Positions 8,967 to 17,846 are shown, counted from the stretch's first letter. The stretch is 64,000 bases of DNA from Minisyncoccota bacterium (GCA_041664265.1 JBAYLD010000003.1:7988-71987); one strand, 5' to 3'. The notes: generated from the letters alone by a model not told the origin. A program made the numbers and translations.

Positions 8967-9694
8967 TATCAGCTTTTTTCCACACCGTCTTCTATAATCC
9001 GATCTACAATGCGCTCGTTGCGCTCGTTGCGCTCGTGCCTGGCTCTGATGTGGGTATTGCTGTCGTGTTGCTCACGATCGGTATTCGGCTTATCCTCCTC
9101 CCCTTCTCCCTCTCGGCGGCGCGTACCCAGCGCGCGATGAAGGCTTTAGAGCCAAAAATCAAGGAATTGAAGGATAAACATAAGGGCGATAAAGAAAAAG
9201 AGGCGCTTGAGACTCTCGCACTCTATCGCGAATCGCGTGTGAACCCATTTGCGAGCATTTTGACGGTTTTTATCCAGATACCGGTCCTTCTCGCGCTCTA
9301 TTGGGTGTTCTATTATGAGCCGTTTTCAACGATTAATACGGCTCTGTTGTACCCGTTTACCCCCACCCCCGGCACCGCGTCACTTGAATTCCTCGGGCTC
9401 ATCTCAGTCGCAGGTAAGAGCATTACGCTCGCGGTGCTCGCGGGGCTGACCCAATTCCTCCAAGCACACATGGCGCTCAGAGGGACCATGAGCCCAGCGC
9501 ACAGCAGTGCACAAGGGGATTTCCAGAAGATTATGGGCATGCAGCTCAAATATGTCTTCCCCTTCCTTATTGGCATTATTTCATATACAACTTCTGGAGC
9601 TGTGGCGCTTTATTTCATTACCACCAACCTCGCGGGCTCGCTCCAAGAATGGCACGTCCGGCGCAAACTCGACGCCGAAGCCCTACATACATAG
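8963..9694 (+). CDS. yidC: Membrane protein insertase YidC/Oxa1 family, short form (GTG start)
   Basis: 5 TM core with conserved YidC helices, 243 aa, follows rnpA. Confidence 0.9.
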   Translation: MISAFFHTVFYNPIYNALVALVALVPGSDVGIAVVLLTIGIRLILLPFSLSAARTQRAMKALEPKIKELKDKHKGDKEKEALETLALYRESRVNPFASILTVFIQIPVLLALYWVFYYEPFSTINTALLYPFTPTPGTASLEFLGLISVAGKSITLAVLAGLTQFLQAHMALRGTMSPAHSSAQGDFQKIMGMQLKYVFPFLIGIISYTTSGAVALYFITTNLAGSLQEWHVRRKLDAEALHT

Positions 9695-9712
9695 GGCTGC
9701 CCTATGTATGTA
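9684..9712. terminator. 13-bp-stem hairpin TACATACATAGGG-ctg-CCCTATGTATGTA overlapping the yidC stop codon; 23-nt core repeated at 31971-31993
   Basis: Perfect inverted repeat seen in sequence; weak T tract follows. Confidence 0.4.
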
Positions 9713-9736
9713 GGAGCAGTCTTTCTTCTGAGACAT

Positions 9737-9767
9737 CTCAATATCAAGGCGAAACCTTGATATTGAG
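9737..9767. other. Perfect hairpin CTCAATATCAAGG-cgaaa-CCTTGATATTGAG in yidC downstream spacer
   Basis: Seen in sequence. Confidence 0.5.
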
Positions 9768-9813
9768 GTATCCCCTATTTGTGCGGTCGTCGCATTTAGG
9801 GGTTAAACTGAAT

Positions 9814-9887
9814 GTACCTTCATTTACGCTATAGCGTGAAATATGGTACACACTCATCGTTCCAATCTGTGCATACCCAGTATGCAC
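9814..9887. repeat. Composite palindromic repeat element copy B (inverted order relative to copy A): degenerate GTACC-TTTACGCTATAGCGTGAAA-GGTAC palindrome (9814-9849) then GTGCATACCCAGTATGCAC (9869-9887)
   Basis: Shares CGCTATAGCG core and GTGCATAC..GTATGCAC palindrome with 1059-1138. Confidence 0.8.
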
Positions 9888-9917
9888 AACTTAAACCTTA
9901 CACCTTACCGCTTACGC

Positions 9918-11114
9918 CTAGAGCGAGTAGCTCCAGAGGGAGTCGTCGTTTTTGTTTAGAAACACGAGTGTTGTGGCATCTGGGTCGATCGCGAGCGCAG
10001 TGGCGTCGAGAGAATCCCCGGTTTCTTCTGGGAAATCGAGCACCAGCTGCGCATAGCGGCCCTCGACTTCGATCTTCCAAATCCGATCAGAGAACTGCAC
10101 AGCTCCCTGGTACCAATCATCCGGATACACAGAGTCAGTAGGAGGGTCGAGCGGGATACCGCAGTATACTGAAGAGTCGTCAGCGGCCCACACGCATTTA
10201 TCGACGATCGTAGTGACCGGGAGTGATGTGATGTCGCCCGTCTCGGTGTCAACAAGATCTAATTGCAGAGCGTTATCGAGGACGTAGCTCACCAGCGCCC
10301 ACTTCCCTGAGGGGCTCGCGAGGGCGACGAGACCGTTGAGCGGTCCGGCGATTCGGGAAAAGCGCCCAGCGTCATCGACAAGAAAGGCAGCCCCAGGGAG
10401 TGTGGCGGCTGGCTTGGTATACGCGAGATAGCGCGATTTGCCAGCAAATGAAACACGCAGCGCAGAGAGCGGGGTGCTAAACAGCTCTGCCGTACGCACA
10501 TCGTTTGTGGTACTAAGTGTCGCAACAGAACCAGTGACACCCGAGACGAGTGTGAGCACGCCCGCCGAAGAAACAGCGAGAGCAGAAATATTTTGCGGCA
10601 AAAAGAATCCTTCTGGTGGCGCCTCGGAGCGCGCCGGGAGTGCGTAGGTATTGATCGTAGAGAAATCTTCGCCGGAGAGGTACCGGACGAATGCCGTTTT
10701 TGCATCGGGGACCCACGCGGCAGATTGGATACCCGGGATCGTTTGATTATTCGTTCGGGTGACGGCTCCTGTGCGTGTGCTATAGGAGAAAACGTTTCCG
10801 CTCTGCCGTTCAATATAGTGCACCAGCGTCTCGGGAGAGGAACTTGCGTTTATCGCAGGGGCATTCACCACGGCCTCGCCCGGCACTACCGGTCCCACGC
10901 TTATCTTCACGAGCCGCGCGGATATGGGGGTCGGTTCGCCCGCGGGTGTCGTGGTGCCGGAGTCTGCAGGAAATATACCCTGCCCCGCTAGAGGGAGGTT
11001 TACGTTTGGCGCGACGGTGAGGCTCGCTTTGGGGGTGAAGAAATAGAAATAGACGAACGCACCTACTCCTATCAGGAGTATCAGAATCGCGGCGATGATC
11101 AAGATGCGTCGCAT
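9918..11114 (-). CDS. Membrane-anchored hypothetical protein (N-terminal TM, ~370 aa extracytoplasmic Ser/Thr-rich beta-rich domain); last gene of T4SS-like operon
   Basis: TM helix RRILIIAAILILLIGVGAFVYFYFF; no recognisable catalytic motif; start taken at second Met of ORF 9918-11144. Confidence 0.55.
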   Translation of the reverse strand: MRRILIIAAILILLIGVGAFVYFYFFTPKASLTVAPNVNLPLAGQGIFPADSGTTTPAGEPTPISARLVKISVGPVVPGEAVVNAPAINASSSPETLVHYIERQSGNVFSYSTRTGAVTRTNNQTIPGIQSAAWVPDAKTAFVRYLSGEDFSTINTYALPARSEAPPEGFFLPQNISALAVSSAGVLTLVSGVTGSVATLSTTNDVRTAELFSTPLSALRVSFAGKSRYLAYTKPAATLPGAAFLVDDAGRFSRIAGPLNGLVALASPSGKWALVSYVLDNALQLDLVDTETGDITSLPVTTIVDKCVWAADDSSVYCGIPLDPPTDSVYPDDWYQGAVQFSDRIWKIEVEGRYAQLVLDFPEETGDSLDATALAIDPDATTLVFLNKNDDSLWSYSL

Positions 11115-11118
11115 AGCA

Positions 11119-11895
11119 TTATGGCGTAGGTACGTTGCACCCAACCACGAGGCTTAAACTACCCGGACACGTAAGGGTATTCGTTTTTGGGTCGACGCTC
11201 GTGACTTGGGCGGTTTTCCCGTCTGGGCTTAGGCATTTAGGTTGCTGGGGCCTCCCAGGGATAGCAGAGCAGCTTTTTATGGTGTTCTTGCAATCAGGAT
11301 CATTGGTGCAGAACATCAGTCGCAGGCTGGGGTCGGTAGATACTATTGAGTTTAATCCTCCTGCAAGTGGCGGAGGTGTGGGTGCTATTGGCACTCTTGT
11401 TGATGTTGATGATTTGGTATCGAGTGCCGGAAGGTTCAACGAGAGATTTAGGATGTTCGGATTGATAATGGAGAAGACGATTGCCGGCGAGAGGACGAGG
11501 ATAAGGCCGTATATGGCGTTGTAGATTTTCCCCTTATCATCAGTGATGGTACTGACCGCGTCTTTATGGAAGTAAGCGATATCGAGTCCGGACCATATGA
11601 TCTGGATGATTGCGAGTATCGCGGCAAGCCCGATGAGATATTTATAGAGATTATTGAAGAAGGTGGCGAGCGAAGTTGAATTCACCACACTCGTCACACT
11701 AGCATCAGTAAGTCCGGGGATGGGCGCGAGTGCGACGAAGCTGACACATTTGTTTTCCGCACAAGAAAGCCCCGAAACACAGTCGTTATCGCTCGTACAA
11801 GCACTTCCATTCTGACCGGTACCCGCAGCGAGCACATACGGCGCAAGCCCAAAGAAAAGAGACAAGATTGCTGCAAAGAGGACTGTTTTTCTCAT
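11119..11895 (-). CDS. Secreted cysteine-rich protein with central double-TM hairpin; candidate VirB2/TrbC-like pilin subunit
   Basis: Signal peptide, two hydrophobic helices (LIGLAAILAIIQIIWSGL / IYGLILVLSPAIVFSII) resembling T4SS pilin fold, operonic with VirB4. Confidence 0.4.
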   Translation of the reverse strand: MRKTVLFAAILSLFFGLAPYVLAAGTGQNGSACTSDNDCVSGLSCAENKCVSFVALAPIPGLTDASVTSVVNSTSLATFFNNLYKYLIGLAAILAIIQIIWSGLDIAYFHKDAVSTITDDKGKIYNAIYGLILVLSPAIVFSIINPNILNLSLNLPALDTKSSTSTRVPIAPTPPPLAGGLNSIVSTDPSLRLMFCTNDPDCKNTIKSCSAIPGRPQQPKCLSPDGKTAQVTSVDPKTNTLTCPGSLSLVVGCNVPTP

Positions 11896-12878
11896 AGGCC
11901 AAAGAAGCTAAAGCCGCTCGATGAAGCGCCAAATATGAGAGAGAGCGCGGCGGTCGCTTGCGCAGATTCTCCAGCCGAGGCGACGAGCGAGAGTGAGGCG
12001 CTCCCCTGCCCGCTTCCTGTGGGTCGGAGCGTTATAGAGGTCCCGGTTTGCGCCTCAGACCCGTTCAAGAACCATTGGAGAAGCGGCGCGCCGCCGGTGA
12101 TCGGCAGAGAGAACGGTGCGGCATAGAGCGTATCCTCCGCGCCGTTGATGGTGTAGTTACCAGAGAGTGCGTGCCCGAAGCGAATACCAAGCAGCGGATC
12201 ATTCTCATACACGCGCAGCGAGGGCTCGCTTGGGGTGAGTGAGATCGTTGTGCCACCGACGAGGCTCCCGTCTGAGCTCGCGACTGAGACTGAGACCGAT
12301 CGTGAACGATATTGCAGCGGCGATGCAACGATGATGGTCTCCTTCCCGATGCCTGAGGCTCGCGCGACGTGTGCGCCATCGACGGTCCACGCATAAGCAT
12401 ATGAAGATGGATCGAGCGTCTTGCCTTTTGCATCGCTTAAGCGGGCCATCGCTACAACGCGCACATCTCCCTCAACCGGCACCAGGGGCTTCCCTAGGTA
12501 GAGCGGGGGCGCCGAAGCAATCGGCTCGGCGATGAGCACAACGTCTTGGGGTTGGATAGAAATCGTCTGGCTATGGTTTGCTCCATTCGAAATTATCGTT
12601 ACCACTGCACGCGTGACACTTCCTGTCCTGCCGAGCGGGAGAGCAGTCGGCTGGACGTTCCCGCGATACAGCTCTTTGCCCGCAACCGAGACGATCATGG
12701 TCGCGCTTGCGAGGTCAATTGTAGGAGAGACGACTGAGAGCACCGCCTGGCTGTGAGGAGCTGGATATTGAGGGCTTAGTGAAATAGAAAAAGTTCCTGC
12801 AGTGCCGAGGGTTTGCGCCAAAACGGCGAGGGGCAGTAAGAGGATGAGGACAAGAGCGGTGAAGAGAAAAGAACGCAT
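11892..12878 (-). CDS. Secreted hypothetical protein (signal peptide, Ser/Ala-rich, ~330 aa)
   Basis: Signal peptide MRSFLFTALVLILLLPLAVLA; no motif recognised; in T4SS-like operon. Confidence 0.55.
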   Translation of the reverse strand: MRSFLFTALVLILLLPLAVLAQTLGTAGTFSISLSPQYPAPHSQAVLSVVSPTIDLASATMIVSVAGKELYRGNVQPTALPLGRTGSVTRAVVTIISNGANHSQTISIQPQDVVLIAEPIASAPPLYLGKPLVPVEGDVRVVAMARLSDAKGKTLDPSSYAYAWTVDGAHVARASGIGKETIIVASPLQYRSRSVSVSVASSDGSLVGGTTISLTPSEPSLRVYENDPLLGIRFGHALSGNYTINGAEDTLYAAPFSLPITGGAPLLQWFLNGSEAQTGTSITLRPTGSGQGSASLSLVASAGESAQATAALSLIFGASSSGFSFFGL

Positions 12879-12882
12879 GTCT

Positions 12883-13383
12883 CTAGTATACCCCAGCGTT
12901 CGGCATCGTTTGTTGAGTTTGTTCATATTTTTTCAACACCTTTTTGTCGTTCTCTATCTGCGTTTTGTAGATGCCCCAAACCATAACAAGCACGCTTGCG
13001 CCGAGGCCCCCAAGCGACCAGAGGATGGAGAACGGATTGTCTTTAAACGCACGCCCGTTCGCCGCGAAGATAAAAAAGGTCACCGTGAGCCAACCGGCAA
13101 ACCCGACCGCCATCGCCATAATGGTGCCGAAGGCGATAAGCGCAGGTGCGCCGAGGTACCCGCCAGCGACGGCGCCAGCTCCACACACCAGCCCCCCTAC
13201 GGTTGTTCCAACGACACCACTGACTTTTGTCGTGCAATACAAGGCGGCTGCTGCCGGCCCGAAGAACCAAAAAAAGAGAAAAAAATAGCGCAGTGCGTCA
13301 AAGAGGGCGGCGGCAGCGAGGATCCATGATGCCCCCTTCCAGGTCATTATCTTGGGCGGCTTGCTATTTCTTTTCTGTAGCAT
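12883..13383 (-). CDS. Small polytopic membrane protein (4 predicted TM), T4SS-like operon component
   Basis: Hydropathy by eye; Gly-rich TM segments; overlaps VirB4 stop by 20 nt (translational coupling). Confidence 0.5.
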   Translation of the reverse strand: MLQKRNSKPPKIMTWKGASWILAAAALFDALRYFFLFFWFFGPAAAALYCTTKVSGVVGTTVGGLVCGAGAVAGGYLGAPALIAFGTIMAMAVGFAGWLTVTFFIFAANGRAFKDNPFSILWSLGGLGASVLVMVWGIYKTQIENDKKVLKKYEQTQQTMPNAGVY

Positions 13384-15181
13384 ACCGCGCTTTCTCTTCT
13401 TTTATCGCGAGAAGTTGCGAGGGATCAGAGGTGATGATCTGGTCCTCGGTATAACTGGCGACCACCTTAATCGCGACGTGCTTGAGGCCCGCGAAGAAGA
13501 GTCCCTCGCCCACGCCGGCCTCGAGGAGGAGATATTTCTCTTCGTCGGTGAGATTGAAAGTCTGTTGCAGCACCTCGATGGTTGTCGGGGACTGTTTTAA
13601 CAAGAGTTGCAGAGAAGAGTTGGTGAGAATGGGCCGTCCATAAGGGCTCTTCAAGAAGTCCTCGACGTCTTGGGTGATCGTGCAGACGCCCAGGTAATAT
13701 TTGCGCCCGCGTTTTGCGACTGAATAGAGGAATGACGCCGTATCCTCGCTCTTCATCATCCACCACGCTTCATCGATGATAAGCAGCCGCTTCTTCAGCT
13801 CGTGGCGCACGGCGTTCCAGATGTAATGGGTGATGATGTACATCGCCACTGGCTTGAGCTCATCCTCCATGTCACGCACCGAGAACACTTCAAATTGCTG
13901 CGTGAGATCGATGTTGGTTGGTTGGTTTAAGAATCCCGCCCACGAGCCGCGGGTATATTTAGAGAGCCGTTCGACCAGGGACTCGCTTCCCTCCATGCCC
14001 GAGAGCACTTGTTCGAAGTCAGAAAGGAGCGGCGACTCCGCCCCGGTGAAGTCGGCATCGCCGGTGATGTCCTTGAGCGCGTAGGTCTCGCTGATGGCGC
14101 GGTCAACGATAGCGTCTTCGGCGGGCGAGAGGCCGCCCAACATGATGCGGAAAAGTCCGACCAGCGAGATAATGTTAGAGCGCAGGATGTCCTTCGGGTC
14201 CTCGTCCTCTTTGACCGGCGGGAGGTCAAACGGGTTGATGTGGTGCTCGGAGGAGAGGGATATATGGAAGACGCGCCCGCCGGTCGCCTCGGCGAGCTGG
14301 TCGTATTCGCGCTCGGGGTCGATGACGATGATATCCGTCCCGAACATGAGCGAACGCAGGATCTCGAGTTTTGTGCAGTAGCTTTTACCGGAACCTGACT
14401 TCGCGAAAATAACCGAGTTGTAGTTCTCAAGCGAGAACCGGTCGAAGAGGATGAGTGAGGAATTGTGCCGATTGATGCCGTAAAGAATGCCGCGGTCGCT
14501 CGTGAGGTCGAACGACACGAAGGGGAAGATGGAAGAGAGCGGCGATGAGTTCAGTTTCGAATTGACCAAGAGTTCGTCGGTGCCGATCGGTAGGCACGAG
14601 CGGAATCCTTGCTCTTGTTGGAACAATGCGGGCTTTGTGTAGACCAGTTTAGCGTCAAGGATGCCACGGATGTCGCCCTCGGTCTTGTCTATCTCTTCCT
14701 TCGAGTTGCCGTAGAGCGCGAGGTACAACCCGACGTCGAACAGCTTTTCTTGGGCTTGTTGGAGATTGTTGCGCAGGCTCTCAAGGTCTTGATACGCTGT
14801 GTCCAAGAGTGGGTCGCGCACGAGCCCTTTTGACTCGCGTTCGTTGATCTGGCTCTGGACCTCGGCGACTTTTTTCTGGAAATCGCGCAATGCCCGTTCG
14901 GTCTCGACGGGGTGTATGAACAAAGAGACATCAAGTACCTTATCGAGATTGATGACGGGCGAGAACCAGCTGTCGGCAAGAAAGCGCGGGTAGGAAATGG
15001 TATAGAAGGCGCGGACGAACTTCTCTCCCAGCTCGATTTCGCGTGACCCTATCTTGAGGGCGGTTGGAGCGATGGTGTCGACGAGGTCGAGCGATCCTTG
15101 GGCGTAAATATCCTTGGGCAACACCGGCAGTACCGCGGGTGTCTCCTCCTTCTTCCGGCTGATAAAATCAAGTAGAGCCAT
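13364..15181 (-). CDS. VirB4/TrbE/CagE-family type IV secretion ATPase, C-terminal ATPase portion (605 aa)
   Basis: Walker A FAKSGSGKS, Walker B LLIIDEAWW, conserved VirB4 C-terminal region; lacks the N-terminal domain, which is encoded by the upstream ORF. Confidence 0.8.
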   Translation of the reverse strand: MALLDFISRKKEETPAVLPVLPKDIYAQGSLDLVDTIAPTALKIGSREIELGEKFVRAFYTISYPRFLADSWFSPVINLDKVLDVSLFIHPVETERALRDFQKKVAEVQSQINERESKGLVRDPLLDTAYQDLESLRNNLQQAQEKLFDVGLYLALYGNSKEEIDKTEGDIRGILDAKLVYTKPALFQQEQGFRSCLPIGTDELLVNSKLNSSPLSSIFPFVSFDLTSDRGILYGINRHNSSLILFDRFSLENYNSVIFAKSGSGKSYCTKLEILRSLMFGTDIIVIDPEREYDQLAEATGGRVFHISLSSEHHINPFDLPPVKEDEDPKDILRSNIISLVGLFRIMLGGLSPAEDAIVDRAISETYALKDITGDADFTGAESPLLSDFEQVLSGMEGSESLVERLSKYTRGSWAGFLNQPTNIDLTQQFEVFSVRDMEDELKPVAMYIITHYIWNAVRHELKKRLLIIDEAWWMMKSEDTASFLYSVAKRGRKYYLGVCTITQDVEDFLKSPYGRPILTNSSLQLLLKQSPTTIEVLQQTFNLTDEEKYLLLEAGVGEGLFFAGLKHVAIKVVASYTEDQIITSDPSQLLAIKEEKARYATEKK

Positions 15182-15214
15182 GGTGAAATATTTAAATATG
15201 TAAAAATTTAAATT

Positions 15215-15847
15215 TCATGCGAGGCGGATCGGATTCTCGAGTTCTCCCGGGTTAAATGAGCGATAGAGAAGCTCAATGACTTCTTCAGTGCCGAGCGAGA
15301 CCGCCCGCACCCCGGTACCCGCAAGGCCGCCGGCGACAAGCGAGAGCCTTTGGGAGAGTTGCGCGCGATTTTCTTCAAAGGAGGTTTGGGCAGCGGCACT
15401 TTTTGTCGAAGCGCTCTCGTTGCGTAAGAAGCCGATCGTATGTGCAGCGGAGACATGCGGGGCGTACGGGACGACGACATAAAATGACTTCGTCATGATG
15501 TTTGCCTGATCGGCAAAAGAACGGATGAACTCGATATATTCGCGCAATTGGATCCGCATGAGTTCGGTCTTCTGGGCAGCCTCTTTTGCTTCAAGGAGAT
15601 TTAGATAAGGGCGGAGATCCATCTTGCGGGAGTTGATGACGATTTGAATCGAGAAATCGAGCGTGTTGAGGAAATTCTGGAAGCCAAGCGTGATCGCGTG
15701 CTGTTCTTCAGCCGACTTAAGCCCGAAGTTGATGGAGGAGCAGATGAGGATCCCGCGATAGCCGCCGTCCTTAAGGGTGATGATCCCATCCCTGATTTCT
15801 TTGATCGGGACAAACTGTTGTGTAGCTCCTGCTGGTTTCTCCGCCAT
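15215..15847 (-). CDS. VirB4 N-terminal-domain-like protein (211 aa), separate ORF upstream of the ATPase ORF
   Basis: N-terminal motif FVPIKEIRDGIITLKDGGYRGILICSSINFGLKSAEEQ resembles conserved start of VirB4/TcpF/ConE family; start taken at MAEKP (upstream part of ORF 15215-16090 is basic low-complexity and overlaps next gene). Confidence 0.5.
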   Translation of the reverse strand: MAEKPAGATQQFVPIKEIRDGIITLKDGGYRGILICSSINFGLKSAEEQHAITLGFQNFLNTLDFSIQIVINSRKMDLRPYLNLLEAKEAAQKTELMRIQLREYIEFIRSFADQANIMTKSFYVVVPYAPHVSAAHTIGFLRNESASTKSAAAQTSFEENRAQLSQRLSLVAGGLAGTGVRAVSLGTEEVIELLYRSFNPGELENPIRLA

Positions 15848-15848
15848 A

Positions 15849-16286
15849 CTACTTTTGTGCCTCATCCGAGGGCGCGTCTTTGGCGGATACGTCCAACGAC
15901 CATGCAAGTTCCGAAAGCTTTCCCTGCGTGAGTTTTCTGCCAAGGGTGCGCCCCGCGGCGGGCGGCGTCGCCGCACTCGCCACCGCATTCTTCTCAGCTT
16001 CTTGTTGCCCCTGATGCTTCCAAAGGAGAAGCTTTGCGCCCGTATAATAATGCAACCCAGCCTCAAGAACCTCGATAAACGGCTTGCCATTTATCTTATA
16101 AAACGCGAGAGCTGCAGCGAGTGCGACCACGGGTATCGAGAGGAGGATCGCGAGGAGAATCGGCAGATAGGCGAAAAAGATGACGCAGAGCCCGCCGGCG
16201 CCGGCGATATAGATAAATTGTTTCAGGGTCAAAGGCCCTACGATCTTGTCTTCGACCTCAATGAACTGCGGCACTTGGTATTCCAT
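15849..16286 (-). CDS. Small membrane protein, VirB3/PrgI-like candidate (2-3 TM, 145 aa)
   Basis: Position immediately upstream of VirB4 N-domain with 1-nt spacer; hydrophobic core CVIFFAYLPILLAILLSIPVVALAAALAF. Confidence 0.4.
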   Translation of the reverse strand: MEYQVPQFIEVEDKIVGPLTLKQFIYIAGAGGLCVIFFAYLPILLAILLSIPVVALAAALAFYKINGKPFIEVLEAGLHYYTGAKLLLWKHQGQQEAEKNAVASAATPPAAGRTLGRKLTQGKLSELAWSLDVSAKDAPSDEAQK

Positions 16287-16301
16287 CTCCCATAGTATAC
16301 A

Positions 16302-16940
16302 TTACCCGCCGATGAGGAATCCGAAGATCCACACGACGAGGCTGAAGAATGGCCCAGCGAAGACAGATGAGAAGACGAGCAAAAAGAGGATGAGCGAAAA
16401 TATGCCTGCGCCGCGAATCTGGTGCTCAAAACGAGCAAGACCCGATGAGAGACGCCACGGGAGCAGGGAGCGCAGCACCGTGAAGCCGTCGAGCGGTGGG
16501 AACGGGACGAGGTTGAACAAGCCGAGGAAGAGATTGATGAACGCGATAGTTGCGGCGAGCGAGAGCGCCGTAGCGTCAAAGCCAATCGTCGAACCAAAAC
16601 GCACAATGAGCCCGAAAACGACCGCGAGGAGGATGTTCGTCGCGCTGCCAGCCACCGCGACGAGTCCATCGCCCCATCGCTGATTTTTGAGATTGTAGGG
16701 ATTGTAGGGTACCGGTTTCGCCCAGCCGAAGAGGATGGGAGAGCCGCTCAAGACCAGAAGTGTGGGGAGGATAACCGAGCCTATAAGATCGATATGTGGG
16801 AGCGGGTTCAAGGTGAGGCGACCGGCGAGACGCGCGGTCGGGTCGCCAAGCGAGTTGGCGGCGTAGCCGTGCGCCACTTCGTGGGCGATGACCGAAAAGA
16901 TGAGGATAACGAGGATAAGAACCGTGTTTGCTTCTGCCAT
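16302..16940 (-). CDS. Site-2 protease family (peptidase M50) zinc metalloprotease
   Basis: HEVAHG (HExxH) in first TM, downstream conserved LDG motif, polytopic. Confidence 0.8.
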   Translation of the reverse strand: MAEANTVLILVILIFSVIAHEVAHGYAANSLGDPTARLAGRLTLNPLPHIDLIGSVILPTLLVLSGSPILFGWAKPVPYNPYNLKNQRWGDGLVAVAGSATNILLAVVFGLIVRFGSTIGFDATALSLAATIAFINLFLGLFNLVPFPPLDGFTVLRSLLPWRLSSGLARFEHQIRGAGIFSLILFLLVFSSVFAGPFFSLVVWIFGFLIGG

Positions 16941-16965
16941 ATTCTAATGGTATCATGCCCGAACT

Positions 16966-17211
16966 ATGGCACGCAGCTGCGAGATCACCGGTAAAAGCAC
17001 GCAAATCGGCGGGCGGTACAGCAACCGCGTTCGTGCGACGCAGTTCAACCCCACCGGCAAGGTTCGCCGCAAGGCGAACCTCCAGAAGCGCCGCATCTAC
17101 GTCCCCGAACTCAAGAAGACGGTCATCGTGGACGTCTCGGTCAAGGGCCTCAAGACTATTAAAAAGAATGGCGCCTTCGCCGCGCTCAAGAAAGCCGGGG
17201 CTATTAAATAG
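16966..17211 (+). CDS. rpmB: 50S ribosomal protein L28
   Basis: MARSCEITGK N-terminus, 81 aa basic protein. Confidence 0.9.
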   Translation: MARSCEITGKSTQIGGRYSNRVRATQFNPTGKVRRKANLQKRRIYVPELKKTVIVDVSVKGLKTIKKNGAFAALKKAGAIK

Positions 17212-17238
17212 CTCCATTGTTTGAAAATATTTGGAAAA

Positions 17239-17262
17239 ACGCCCGCAAGGGCGTTTTTTTAT
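17239..17262 (+). terminator. Rho-independent terminator after rpmB (ACGCCCGCAAGGGCGT + T8)
   Basis: GC hairpin followed by TTTTTTTATT. Confidence 0.7.
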
Positions 17263-17309
17263 TGGTGAGTTCACGAAGTGTTCATGAAGGGGGTGATACT
17301 TTTATCGGC

Positions 17310-17846
17310 ATGACGTACACACCAAAAACGTTCAACCTCTCTGCCCTATCGGGGATCTCGGATAAGCAGATTAAAGTGCATCTCGCGCTGTATGAGGGCT
17401 ACGTGAAGCAGGTGAACGAGCTCATCGACACGCCGAATGCTCCCCGATTTGCTTTTGAGTTTAATGGTATGCGTCTGCACGAATATTATTTTGAGCAACT
17501 TGAGGGACGTCAGACGTCCCTCACTTCCGGAAGCGCACTTGAGGGGATTGAGGCGAAAGTCAAAGAAACTGCGGGGACACGCGGCCCTGGGTGGGTGGTT
17601 GTGTACTTCGATCCGGTCACGCAGGCATTTCATACCGCTTTTGTGCATGACCATGAGATCGGTCAGTTCGCGGGGCTGCCGATTATTCTCGTGCTCGATA
17701 TGTGGGAGCACGCCTATATGGTGGACTATCTGCCAGCGGAGAAGAAGAATTATATTGACGCCTTCTTCGCCAATGTTAATTGGGGCGTGATTGAGAGGCG
17801 TTTTGACTCCGCCAGTCGTCGGAGCGAGAAGATGAGTGCCGCATAA
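17310..17846 (+). CDS. Fe/Mn superoxide dismutase
   Basis: DMWEHAY motif, conserved His ligands; start taken at MTYTPKTF with AGGGGG RBS (ORF 17217-17846). Confidence 0.85.
   Translation: MTYTPKTFNLSALSGISDKQIKVHLALYEGYVKQVNELIDTPNAPRFAFEFNGMRLHEYYFEQLEGRQTSLTSGSALEGIEAKVKETAGTRGPGWVVVYFDPVTQAFHTAFVHDHEIGQFAGLPIILVLDMWEHAYMVDYLPAEKKNYIDAFFANVNWGVIERRFDSASRRSEKMSAA

Noticed and set aside
9812-10141. 109-aa plus-strand ORF starting MYLHLRYSVKYG
   Set aside because: Starts inside palindromic repeat copy B and runs antisense to the well-supported minus-strand gene 9918-11114; repeat-derived artefact.
13364-15215. Frameshift or sequencing-error explanation for the split VirB4
   Set aside because: Not fully rejected but considered less likely: the two ORFs are separated by a stop codon plus a 33-nt AT-rich spacer and a new ATG rather than overlapping frames; read-level checking still needed.
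15848-16090. N-terminal ~80-aa extension of ORF 15215-16090 (MASRLSRFLRLGCIIIRAQ...RRRRPPRG)
   Set aside because: Basic low-complexity, overlaps the upstream VirB3-like gene in another frame; VirB4 N-domain-like similarity begins at MAEKP (15847).
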